From IMG/VR virus record IMGVR_UViG_3300031521_001337, positions 1 to 64,000 of that record: a DNA stretch of 64,000 nucleotides; one strand, given 5' to 3'. Made by a program: the position numbers and the translations under genes. Shown in pieces: positions 55,495 through 64,000 of the stretch. The notes under the pieces are model-generated. The model searched no databases. It was given only the letters and a program-made list of their open reading frames with translations, and was not told where the DNA came from. Position 1 is the stretch's first letter; each line of letters begins with the position of its first letter.

Positions 55495-56346
55495 ATGAAA
55501 ACAAAATTTACAAAAGGTCAATTTGCCTTATTAGGTGGATTGATATGTTCAGTGATTCTTTTTATTTCGTGTTTAACTTATTACATGGAATTCCCTCATG
55601 ATTTAAATGGTTCCTTTGGGGCATTTCATATCATGTTTAACATCGTTTGGTACATCTTCTCAGGTGTTGCTTGTATGTTGTATGTAATTCAACTGATCTG
55701 TAATGGAACAGGTGAAGATGGACCGTTTACAGATAATATAATTGAAGATGATGATGATGATGTTCCCGATAAAAAGTTTTCAGTTAAGAAATACTTTATT
55801 GGTTTAGTGATTATATTTGGTCTATATTGGATTGGTACTATCGCTTATGGTCACTTTGAAAAAGCATCCGTTGTTTATAATCAAAATGTAACTTATACAC
55901 ACGCTCTTGACCAAAAGGTTAAAGAAAAGAAAGGTTTTTTTGATAAAATGTGGAAAACTTATTCAACTAAAGAAAAGATTACCGGTATGGACAAAGATAT
56001 GTTCATTCAAGTAACTAAAATCATTATGGAAAATCGTAAAGATGGTCAAAATGTAACCTGGAAATGGATGCAAGAAAATCAACAAATTCCTTATGATCAA
56101 TTTACTCGATTCTATGTAGACCTAAGTAACTTTATTGAATCTCAACGTGAAGGCTATTTTAATCTTGAAAAAGAATGTCAAACTATTGCCGCAGCTAACA
56201 ATATTATGTTAGATACATTTCCTAACAATTTGTATAATAAGGTTATGAAATGTCCTCACTTAGTTGCTGAATACGGATTTACATCTGATCACACAGAACA
56301 AGTGTTTAAATCGAAAAAAGAAAACATTATTAATTCTCTTAAATAA
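55495..56346 (+). CDS. Membrane protein with LemA-like C-terminal domain
   Basis: Three TM segments; FDKMWK, WMQENQ, LDTFPNN. Confidence 0.6.
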   Translation: MKTKFTKGQFALLGGLICSVILFISCLTYYMEFPHDLNGSFGAFHIMFNIVWYIFSGVACMLYVIQLICNGTGEDGPFTDNIIEDDDDDVPDKKFSVKKYFIGLVIIFGLYWIGTIAYGHFEKASVVYNQNVTYTHALDQKVKEKKGFFDKMWKTYSTKEKITGMDKDMFIQVTKIIMENRKDGQNVTWKWMQENQQIPYDQFTRFYVDLSNFIESQREGYFNLEKECQTIAAANNIMLDTFPNNLYNKVMKCPHLVAEYGFTSDHTEQVFKSKKENIINSLK

Positions 56347-56355
56347 TTAAAAACA

Positions 56356-56703
56356 ATGAATAAATTTGAAGCAATGTTGGCTGGTAAGCCAGAAGCAATT
56401 CAAGCTCAAAGAGCCAAAGACGTAGCAGAAGATTGTAAAATCGCTACTGAAGAAATCGTACGTGCCAACGAAAAGAAAGTTCGTGACATCAAACGTCAAA
56501 TTACTCAATTATCTGATTTATCACCGGAAACAACTTTATCTCTACAAGTTGTAAAACCAGGTTTCAACGCAGAAAAATGGGCTGCTGAACTTCACGATCT
56601 TGAAGTGGAATTACTTGCCGCTGAAGTTGACTTGAAAGTCGCTAAGAAAACTTATACAAATTGGTTTTCAGAAGGTAAAGAAAAAGCACCTAAAGCTGAG
56701 TAG
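56356..56703 (+). CDS. Coiled-coil protein
   Basis: 115 aa. Confidence 0.65.
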   Translation: MNKFEAMLAGKPEAIQAQRAKDVAEDCKIATEEIVRANEKKVRDIKRQITQLSDLSPETTLSLQVVKPGFNAEKWAAELHDLEVELLAAEVDLKVAKKTYTNWFSEGKEKAPKAE

Positions 56704-56705
56704 TT

Positions 56706-58859
56706 ATGGGACAGTTGAAAGTATTTCTTTCAGCATCCAAATCTGCTAATCCGATTAATGTTCAAATTATACGAGACATTCTTAAAAAAAGAGGATGTCT
56801 CGTATTTGAATATGATCCTGCTGATCCTAATGAGCAGATGTTGGGCTGTGATCTGCTATATATTATTCCACCAGAAGGTTGTGATGTTATTCCAAGAATA
56901 ACTGTTGGACGTGGACAATACAAAGCAATCAAAAAATGGGAAAAAGAAAAAAGCAAAAAAACAATTGTTATTATCAATTATCTTAAAAGAGAGTTTGTTT
57001 TTATAAAAATGGAACAAATTAATGTTCGTATTTGTAATAAAACAAGAATTGGTGCAGTTTGTGTCAACACGTTTGAATTTGATATGAATTATGAACAAAT
57101 GTGTAAACTTACTGAATTTATTGATAAACCTAAAGGTGTTCACTGTGCTAATCAACAACAATGGGATTTTGCTGCTTCAAAGCTCAAAAGAATTGATAAA
57201 GTTGGTTATAGAGAGTGTGGTGATATTATTGATATTAATTCTCCTAATAATTCATTTTTTAGTACTTCTAATAAAGCTAGTTCTTATGAAATTTTATCAT
57301 TTGAAGTTTGGTGTAAAGAGAATAATTATTCAGTCAATAAACCTAAATGGTATGAAACTCTTAAAATTGGTGATAAAGTAAAATGTATTGGTAATGTAAA
57401 TGGATATGTTTCTCGTAAAATTGGAGAAATTCTTACAATTGATATTGATTTTTCAAAATGTAAAAAAATTAGTTTTGCTGGTGATTCATCTACATTTTTT
57501 GAGGAATTTGAATTAGTTTCTCGTTTAACTGATGAAAAACCTATAGATCCAAAAATTGCATTATTAGAACGTGCCATTAAAGAATATCCTATTGGTACTA
57601 AATTTAATTCTGCAACTTCAGGTTTAGTTTCAATTACAGGTATATGTGTTAAAGATATTCCTAAATTTAATAGTAGTGGAAATATCGGTACTAAAGATAA
57701 TGGCACTAATGGTATTATTTATAATGCTTATACTGGTAAATGGGCTGAAAAAATTCCTGAAGATACTACTCCATTTGTTGAACCTATTAAAAAAGATTTA
57801 CCTTGGGGGCAATGGTATAAAAAGAAAGATTACATCGTTCATTTGTATCATAGAAACTCTGTTTGGGGATTTCATAAAGGACAATGGTTTGAATCTGAAG
57901 GATTTTCTGAAGAAGGTTTAATTCCAACTTCTGAATATGATTCTCATGAGTTATTTAAAACAGAAATACTAAAGAGATATCCTCTTAAAAGATTTACTGA
58001 TTTACGTAATACTTTAGATTTTGATATTAAGAATTATAATCTTAGTTTCAATAATAAAAGTACTCAAATTTATATTCCTGTTGATCCAAATCCTGTACGT
58101 GCTAATGCTAGTGCAAGGATATTTAATAACGGTGTTTGGGCTAAAGAAGTATCTAGATTTGAAGTTGGTAAATGGTATAAATTAGGTGTTTGGATTAGTA
58201 AATTTTCACATTTAGAAAATTCTTATCAGTTTTGGGGTGAAAATATAAATACAGATTCTAAATTTCATGATAAAAAAGGATATTTAAGTTTAAAAGATTA
58301 TACTCCAGTTTTAATTACTGATTTATCTGAAATTCAACAATATCTTCCTAAAGAACATCCTGATAAAATCATTATTGAAAAACTTAGTGAATTTGGTTAT
58401 TTTGTTGCAATTGATAATGATCCTGTAGGTGTATCTATTATGAAAAAAGGTGATATTGGAATTGGTATTAGTGAATCATGTTTTAAATTTGATTCTCCTA
58501 AAGCAATTCATCTTAAAGGTGTGAATTGGTCTGGAAATAAAGATTCTATTGGATTAAAATGGTTTAAAACTTTAGGAGAAGCAGAAGCTTTTGCTAGAAC
58601 TTTAGATTCTATTCCAGTATCTGTTGGAAATCAAACTTTCTTTATTAATAAAGATGAGTATGAAAAACAAGAAGTTAAGCACATTAAACCTTTTTTTGAG
58701 CCAACCACAGTTTTATCTACTGAAGAATTAAAAGTTCAATTAGAGAAATTACGTAAAGTAGGTGGTTTATATAGAACAACTTGTGAAATGTTATCACCTA
58801 ATGCTTTTAAAAGTATTGATAAGAAGAAAAAGTTGTTGAAAATCTCAACAATTATCTAA
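56706..58859 (+). CDS. Mosaic repeat protein, paralogous to 42592..45249, with N-terminal TIR/NDT-like domain
   Basis: KVFLSAS...CDLLYIIP; LLERAIKEYPIGTKF...GKWAE; FEVGKWY. Confidence 0.65.
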   Translation: MGQLKVFLSASKSANPINVQIIRDILKKRGCLVFEYDPADPNEQMLGCDLLYIIPPEGCDVIPRITVGRGQYKAIKKWEKEKSKKTIVIINYLKREFVFIKMEQINVRICNKTRIGAVCVNTFEFDMNYEQMCKLTEFIDKPKGVHCANQQQWDFAASKLKRIDKVGYRECGDIIDINSPNNSFFSTSNKASSYEILSFEVWCKENNYSVNKPKWYETLKIGDKVKCIGNVNGYVSRKIGEILTIDIDFSKCKKISFAGDSSTFFEEFELVSRLTDEKPIDPKIALLERAIKEYPIGTKFNSATSGLVSITGICVKDIPKFNSSGNIGTKDNGTNGIIYNAYTGKWAEKIPEDTTPFVEPIKKDLPWGQWYKKKDYIVHLYHRNSVWGFHKGQWFESEGFSEEGLIPTSEYDSHELFKTEILKRYPLKRFTDLRNTLDFDIKNYNLSFNNKSTQIYIPVDPNPVRANASARIFNNGVWAKEVSRFEVGKWYKLGVWISKFSHLENSYQFWGENINTDSKFHDKKGYLSLKDYTPVLITDLSEIQQYLPKEHPDKIIIEKLSEFGYFVAIDNDPVGVSIMKKGDIGIGISESCFKFDSPKAIHLKGVNWSGNKDSIGLKWFKTLGEAEAFARTLDSIPVSVGNQTFFINKDEYEKQEVKHIKPFFEPTTVLSTEELKVQLEKLRKVGGLYRTTCEMLSPNAFKSIDKKKKLLKISTII

Positions 58860-58866
58860 ATAGAAT

Positions 58867-58907
58867 AGGGATGCTATGGGATCACGATTCTATAGCATCC
58901 TCGTTTT
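58867..58907 (+). terminator. Terminator-like hairpin directly before pistol ribozyme
   Basis: ggatgctat...atagcatcc then gtttt. Confidence 0.65.
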
Positions 58908-58908
58908 A

Positions 58909-58971
58909 ACTCCACTAAGGGAGTATAAAGTTATTAAGCTTAGTGCGTTACACAATTCGTGTAGGTTAAAC
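58909..58971 (+). ncRNA. Pistol ribozyme
   Basis: P1 ACUCC/GGAGU; loop ACUAAG pairs with CUUAGU; AUAAA; UUAAG; GCG; P3 UUACAC/GUGUAG; G^U site at 58965/58966. Confidence 0.88.
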
Positions 58972-58989
58972 ACAAAATGATAAAAAGAA

Positions 58990-59352
58990 ATGTATGATGT
59001 AACAAATTTAGTAGAGGTTATTAAATTAGCCCATGAATGTGAAACCCCAATTGATGAATTCACATTATTAGTTGAAAAAGAATTAACAAAACTTCACCCA
59101 ATTAAACATGAAGAACGAAAATCAGAAGAAGCATTAGGTATTCGTGATTTACGTAATGTTTTACCACAAGGTGAATTTGCCGGTAAACTTTCAGTTGCCG
59201 TTGAACAAATTGAAAAAACAATGACCAAACGTGAAACTGCGTATGCATTAGTTTGTTCAATTGCACAAATAACAAAAATATCACAACATCCACTTGTTAA
59301 AATGATTATGAAATCACAACAAGAAGATGGTGAAGATTTTAGAGATGAATAG
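58990..59352 (+). CDS. Hypothetical protein, paralog of 59779..60246
   Basis: Shared EQIEKTMTKRE / EEIEKTLTKRE motif. Confidence 0.7.
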   Translation: MYDVTNLVEVIKLAHECETPIDEFTLLVEKELTKLHPIKHEERKSEEALGIRDLRNVLPQGEFAGKLSVAVEQIEKTMTKRETAYALVCSIAQITKISQHPLVKMIMKSQQEDGEDFRDE

Positions 59353-59778
59353 TATTTAACTTTTTAAATATAAAACAAATGTCAACAACAAAAATTAAAA
59401 TTATCGAAGTATTTTGGTCATTATTAATGGGCTTAATTACTGTATTTGCAGCATGTCATCCAGAAAAATATCCAATCTTATTGGTTGCTTTCTTTGGTGC
59501 TGTTTTTGTTTTACAAGTGTCCAAAACTGTTGTTCGTTTTATATCATAATGGGAAGTTTATATTTCTGTGGATATACTAAGAAAAACAATATGATTGCTA
59601 AGTATGTTCATAGTCAACAATTAAAAATAAAACTGCATATTATGTTTGATACTGCAGAAGCAGGTATTGTAGAAGTTATTGGTTCTGAACCTTTAACTTC
59701 TGAAATACTTAAAGATATGATTGTTGAATTAGACAAATATGATTTCACACCAAATAATAAACTTAAAACATTATTATA

Positions 59779-60246
59779 ATGTCAAAAGAAAAACAAAAAA
59801 TTATCGAACTATGTAATTCAAGTTTAGAAGGTAAAGATCTAGTTGTGGCTATTGAAGCTGAATTAGCTAAAGTTAGACCTTTTGATCACAATAGTGATAA
59901 ACCTGGATTTGAGTCATGTGGATTACACGAACCTATTATTCTTAAATTAGAAACAAGAGGTTCTATTACACATGCAATTGAAGAAATTGAAAAAACTCTT
60001 ACCAAACGTGAACTTGCACTTTGTATCGCAAAAGAACACTGTAAAGTTGTAGTTGACGAAGATGATATGCCTGAAGAACTAAAACAACTTTTATCTGAAA
60101 TCATGAATTCAAGAGAAGGTAAAGATAAAATGTTTGGAACACCGCGTAATTCTTCATCTGACTGTAAAGAAGAAGATGATTCTGAATGCTGGAAATGCAG
60201 AAAGAAACCAACTTGTACAAAATTTAAAGGTTTCAATTTGAATTAA
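59779..60246 (+). CDS. Hypothetical protein with C-terminal Cys cluster
   Basis: Paralog of 58990..59352. Confidence 0.7.
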   Translation: MSKEKQKIIELCNSSLEGKDLVVAIEAELAKVRPFDHNSDKPGFESCGLHEPIILKLETRGSITHAIEEIEKTLTKRELALCIAKEHCKVVVDEDDMPEELKQLLSEIMNSREGKDKMFGTPRNSSSDCKEEDDSECWKCRKKPTCTKFKGFNLN

Positions 60247-60247
60247 A

Positions 60248-60484
60248 ATGAGTATAATAAGAATTAAAACTAAAGAGGAATTCATACGAGATTGTTTATG
60301 GAACTATGAATATGAAACTCCCTTACACTGGAACATTAGAAAACTTATGAATCCATTAATAGGACAACTTATTGATGATACTATTGAGTATGATATACGT
60401 TTCGGAGGATTTAGGTATAAAGGGTGGTTTATGCCCCCATCAAATATTACATGTGACTGATTATCACATGAACAGAAAAAATAA
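60248..60484 (+). CDS. Stand-alone copy of the AAA+ N-terminal domain (TGA at 60458 possibly read through)
   Basis: RIKTKEEF...TPLHWN...MNPLIG versus RFKTEEEF...TPVGWN...MNYLLG. Confidence 0.6.
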
Positions 60485-60511
60485 TGATTATAAATAAAAG
60501 AAAGAAGATTA

Positions 60512-61768
60512 ATGAAAAAGTGGAGATTTAAAACAGAGGAAGAATTTACGAGAGAAGGATTGTGGGCAACAACAACTGGTACTCCCGTGGGATGGAATGG
60601 ACAAAAGAAAATGAACTATTTATTGGGTAAAACCATTGATGGTGCGTTTATTACGTCTTGTGAACAAGGACAATCTTTTAGATTTGACTCTTGGACCATC
60701 ACACCTAAGTATTATGTTGGTGAAGAAGTTTCATCAAGACCACCTGCACGGCAGAATATACCTGTGAGAGGTCCTATTGAATCTATCCCTGTTCCTGAAT
60801 TTGATTTACAACGCTTGTCTAAAGAGATTGATGAAATGTTTGCGGAACGTTTGGATGAAACGGACCAAAAATATGTTGAGTTAACAACTAACTTAAACAC
60901 AGTCACTGAACAACGAGTAAAGGAATATAAGAATCAAGTAGATCTTATTTTCCGTGATATCAGAACAAGTTTACTTGCTGAAGTAAGACGTGGTCACACC
61001 ACTATTACTATGCCTGGTATGGTTGATGTTAGTATCCAGCATTCAGATCACCCTGTATTAGCTGATGTAGTTAAGTCACTTAACCTACACCACAAAGCTA
61101 TGTTAGTTGGTCCTGCAGGTACTGGTAAAACTTATATGATTGCATCTTTATCCGATAGAATGGGCTTAGATTTTTACAAGTATTCTTGTTCGAGAGATTC
61201 ATCTGTGCATGATTTGATTGGTTATAAACAACCAAGATCTGAAACATATTTGGAAACTACGTTCTTGAAAGCTTATGAAAATGGAGGTATTTTCTTGGTG
61301 GATGAGTATGATGCAATGTCAGGTGATATGGCCTTATTCTTTAATGGTATCGCAGATTCATCAAAGTTTATTTCTATTCCTCACCGCGATGACAAACCTA
61401 TTGCACAGAAACACAAAGACTTCCATCTTGTAATGTGTGGTAATACCTGGGGTAAAGGGTCTATCGAGTATTCTGGTCGTGACTTTCAAGATTTAGCATT
61501 AATGGACAGGTTCCGTTTTTGTCGTCATCATGTTGGGTATCACTTAAGTCTTGAAAAAGAATTAATGGGACCTCATCATAATTTCGCAACTAAATTGAGA
61601 GCATCATTAGAAAAGACCGGTAGTTATTTATCTACCAGAAATATTGAAGATATGTCTAACTTAATTAGAGCGGGTGTAACAACTCAAACTATTTTGAAGA
61701 TGGTATTGGAAGATATGGATGAAGAAGGTGCAAAAGCTGTTAACCGTGAAATGCAAGTTGTAGCATAA
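60512..61768 (+). CDS. MoxR/CbbQ-like AAA+ ATPase
   Basis: GPAGTGKT, GGIFLVDEYD, GNTWG, DLALMDRF. Confidence 0.88.
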   Translation: MKKWRFKTEEEFTREGLWATTTGTPVGWNGQKKMNYLLGKTIDGAFITSCEQGQSFRFDSWTITPKYYVGEEVSSRPPARQNIPVRGPIESIPVPEFDLQRLSKEIDEMFAERLDETDQKYVELTTNLNTVTEQRVKEYKNQVDLIFRDIRTSLLAEVRRGHTTITMPGMVDVSIQHSDHPVLADVVKSLNLHHKAMLVGPAGTGKTYMIASLSDRMGLDFYKYSCSRDSSVHDLIGYKQPRSETYLETTFLKAYENGGIFLVDEYDAMSGDMALFFNGIADSSKFISIPHRDDKPIAQKHKDFHLVMCGNTWGKGSIEYSGRDFQDLALMDRFRFCRHHVGYHLSLEKELMGPHHNFATKLRASLEKTGSYLSTRNIEDMSNLIRAGVTTQTILKMVLEDMDEEGAKAVNREMQVVA

Positions 61769-62592
61769 TGAGTACGCCAAAGTTTGTATCAAAAGTACTT
61801 CCATCTGGAGCTAACTTTGTAAGATTTGAATCTTTACAAGCTATCTTTGAATTTGACGATATTACTACAAACCCTAGAGGTTTAGGTATGAGTACAGTCA
61901 GAGAAGAACCAGAATCGGCAAGGAGATATTTTGAAGAACGTGCGACATTTACTAAAAGTAAAATAGCTCTTGTAAATAAGGCTCAGAAAGAATTGTCTAT
62001 TGACAAGGAATTTCTTGAACTTGTTTATAAAGGTAAGAGTCAGAAACGTAAGTTCGACTTAAATAAATTTAGTGGTAATTTGTCAATGTCTCATTATGCT
62101 TCTAATTGTGATAAGATTTTTAAGAAATCTATGCCTGGAGCTAAAAAACAAACTCTTAATATGGCATTCCAAGTAGGTACCTTCGTTGGAGGTAACTATA
62201 GTGGTTCGTTTACTAAGATTTTGAAAACCATTCTTATGTGTCAAGCAATGAACATAAGTGTTAACATTGATATGTTTGATTCAGATACACAAGCAATTGG
62301 TAACAAAGCTTCTTACGTTATGGTAAATGTTGCTAAATCTTCTGAAAAATTAAACTTTCGGGAGATCTTAGCAGCATCTCATAGAGAATTCTTCAGAATG
62401 ACATTATTCAATGGATATTCGGCATCTGGAGATCAAAGACGTATTGGAACATTCCTAGATCAAAGTAGAATTATCAGAGATTTAGGTACTATGTATGATG
62501 TTATTGGTGGAAATATCTTGTTAGATCAAGCTGGACATCAAGAAGGATCACCTTTAGTAAGTAAAATATTAAAAATCGGCATGCTCCGTTAA
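61768..62592 (+). CDS. vWA-like partner of the AAA+ ATPase
   Basis: Translationally coupled to the ATPase; SHREFFR motif; assignment mainly from context. Confidence 0.55.
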   Translation: MSTPKFVSKVLPSGANFVRFESLQAIFEFDDITTNPRGLGMSTVREEPESARRYFEERATFTKSKIALVNKAQKELSIDKEFLELVYKGKSQKRKFDLNKFSGNLSMSHYASNCDKIFKKSMPGAKKQTLNMAFQVGTFVGGNYSGSFTKILKTILMCQAMNISVNIDMFDSDTQAIGNKASYVMVNVAKSSEKLNFREILAASHREFFRMTLFNGYSASGDQRRIGTFLDQSRIIRDLGTMYDVIGGNILLDQAGHQEGSPLVSKILKIGMLR

Positions 62593-62604
62593 CAAGTAAA
62601 AATT

Positions 62605-63030
62605 ATGGAAGAAGAAGTTGTATATGACGCAGTTGAAACGTTTGATACGTTTCCTGCTGTCATAGTTCAAGATGATGGAATTGCTTTATCTGAAAGTGAA
62701 GATGTTGTTGAAGAACAAGTAGAAGAAGTTATTGCTATTATCCCCCGTAAAATTACAATTACAAGAGACTATATTCATTTACCTGAGGAAGGAGACGGAC
62801 AAGGTGATGGAGAAGGTGAAGGTACAGGTAAAGGTGGAGTTGGCGATATGTCAGAATTCTTGAGGAAAATTCAAGAAGCGCGTGAACAATTAGAAGGTCT
62901 GAATGGGGGAGATCCTTATGACGACAGTAGTGAAGGTGATGCATCAGATAACACTGCTGCAGAAGCTCAACACACGTTAGCGTCTACTGATGGTGAACGT
63001 TTTAATGTGCGTAAAAAAGAACGTTTTTAA
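62605..63030 (+). CDS. Acidic low-complexity protein
   Basis: E/G-rich, GDGQGDGEGEG. Confidence 0.65.
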   Translation: MEEEVVYDAVETFDTFPAVIVQDDGIALSESEDVVEEQVEEVIAIIPRKITITRDYIHLPEEGDGQGDGEGEGTGKGGVGDMSEFLRKIQEAREQLEGLNGGDPYDDSSEGDASDNTAAEAQHTLASTDGERFNVRKKERF

Positions 63031-63043
63031 AATTTAAAAAGTT

Positions 63044-63391
63044 ATGGGAGTATTTATGTTATTTGGATTTCCGTTTATCGCACTTATTTATTTTATTTGG
63101 TACGTAAGAGTACCCAAAGTTGCAGATGATTTTGATTATTATAGTCCAGATGAATTTAAACCTATAGGTTTAAAAGTTTGGACATTAATGTTAATTGTAA
63201 GCATATCAATTATACCTTTTGCCAATGTTGCTTGTATATTCGTTTCATTAATTTGGTTGGCTGTACAAATATCATTAGAAGGTTGGAGTGAAGTATTTGG
63301 TAAATTTGATAAACCGACTATATTTACTCCTATTGGTAAGTTTTTAAACAAAGAACTCGTTAAACCAAAAAAGAATGATTCCCGTAAATGA
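63044..63391 (+). CDS. Membrane protein
   Basis: TM helices with IIPFAN. Confidence 0.6.
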   Translation: MGVFMLFGFPFIALIYFIWYVRVPKVADDFDYYSPDEFKPIGLKVWTLMLIVSISIIPFANVACIFVSLIWLAVQISLEGWSEVFGKFDKPTIFTPIGKFLNKELVKPKKNDSRK

Positions 63392-63701
63392 TCAAATAGC
63401 AATATTTGAAGAAGCTAAAGCTAGGTATTTAATCTATCAGAATGCTTTGAATTTCTGTAGTATGTGTTGGAGTTTGAATATCACTCTTAAAGATAAGGGT
63501 TATAAATCCTCAATTTTTGAGATAGATGATTTTCTTCCAACATTTACTTATGAAAACGTGTGTAAATTAGCATCACAGTATAATTTCGAAGAACCTAAGT
63601 GTCAGTTAATAACTATCACTTATTGGTGGGATGTACATAATGCTAAACCACGTATTAGTGCTTTTGATGCATTAGTGAATCAATTAAAAAGAGGGATATA
63701 G
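63375..63701 (+). CDS. Hypothetical protein
   Basis: 108 aa; stop codon overlaps the tRNA-like element. Confidence 0.55.
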   Translation: MIPVNDQIAIFEEAKARYLIYQNALNFCSMCWSLNITLKDKGYKSSIFEIDDFLPTFTYENVCKLASQYNFEEPKCQLITITYWWDVHNAKPRISAFDALVNQLKRGI

Positions 63702-63752
63702 CTCAGCCGAAAAGAGCCTAGGGTCGGGAGTTTGAATCTCTCTATCCCTCCA
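63692..63752 (+). ncRNA. tRNA-like RNA lacking the anticodon arm
   Basis: AGGGATA/TATCCCT acceptor plus CCA; D arm GCTC/GAGC; 8-nt linker; T arm GGGAG-TTTGAAT-CTCTC. Confidence 0.75.
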
Positions 63753-64000
63753 TTTCATTTTGTTTTTGATTCCAATCCGTAGAAATACGGTGCGGAACAA
63801 AAATAATTAAAAAACACATAGATAAAGATGAAAAAAATATTAAAGAGCGTAATACGTGTTAAACAGAATTAAATTAATTGATGTAATTTTAGATAATCAA
63901 TCAGCAACTGATAATGATTTAATTACAGCATTAGAAAATTTTATTGCAAACAGCAAGCCTTATAATCATGAAGAAGATAGTTCATTGAGAGGGTGTGGAG

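Larger units (their letters stand above)
1083..64000. mobile_element. crAss-like (Crassvirales-type) phage sequence adjoining host chromosome; probable prophage, right end outside window
   Basis: crAss-type terminase, portal, PD-(D/E)xK nuclease and conserved neighbours; divergent early and late arms; sharp drop in GC after hisB. Confidence 0.85.

Noticed and set aside
443-63402. Many short antisense ORFs in the track (e.g. 443..658, 22775..23047, 34982..35350, 57326..57706) and 3719..3964
   Set aside because: They are shadows of real genes on the opposite strand or another frame, with no motifs.

Overview
The window starts with the 3' part of a Bacteroidales chromosomal hisB gene (1-1082). 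It then switches abruptly to an AT-rich crAss-like (Crassvirales-type) phage genome that runs off the right edge. The phage has two divergent arms around a Rep gene and iteron origin at about 33.4-34.7 kb. The minus-strand arm (lysis, tail fibre, portal, terminase, GroES/GroEL, PD-(D/E)xK nuclease, PhoH, class II RNR) looks shredded in the ORF track. It becomes clean full-length genes when TGA is read as Trp, and the phage carries the matching suppressor tRNA (anticodon UCA, 30015-30087). The plus-strand early arm is almost entirely standard code and is unusually rich in RNA devices. It holds four pseudoknot-type hammerhead ribozymes and one pistol ribozyme, each predicted to cut 21-24 nt upstream of a start codon. 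It also holds a candidate sixth twister-sister-like ribozyme giving the same leader, tRNA mimics with expanded or missing anticodon arms, and a pseudoknotted ncRNA candidate of about 550 nt. A 155-bp copy of the phage iteron origin, plus a terminus-like motif, sits at the host junction, suggesting a satellite or an unusual integration. No integrase, major capsid or RNA polymerase gene is visible in this window. All family assignments are from motif recognition by eye, not database searches.
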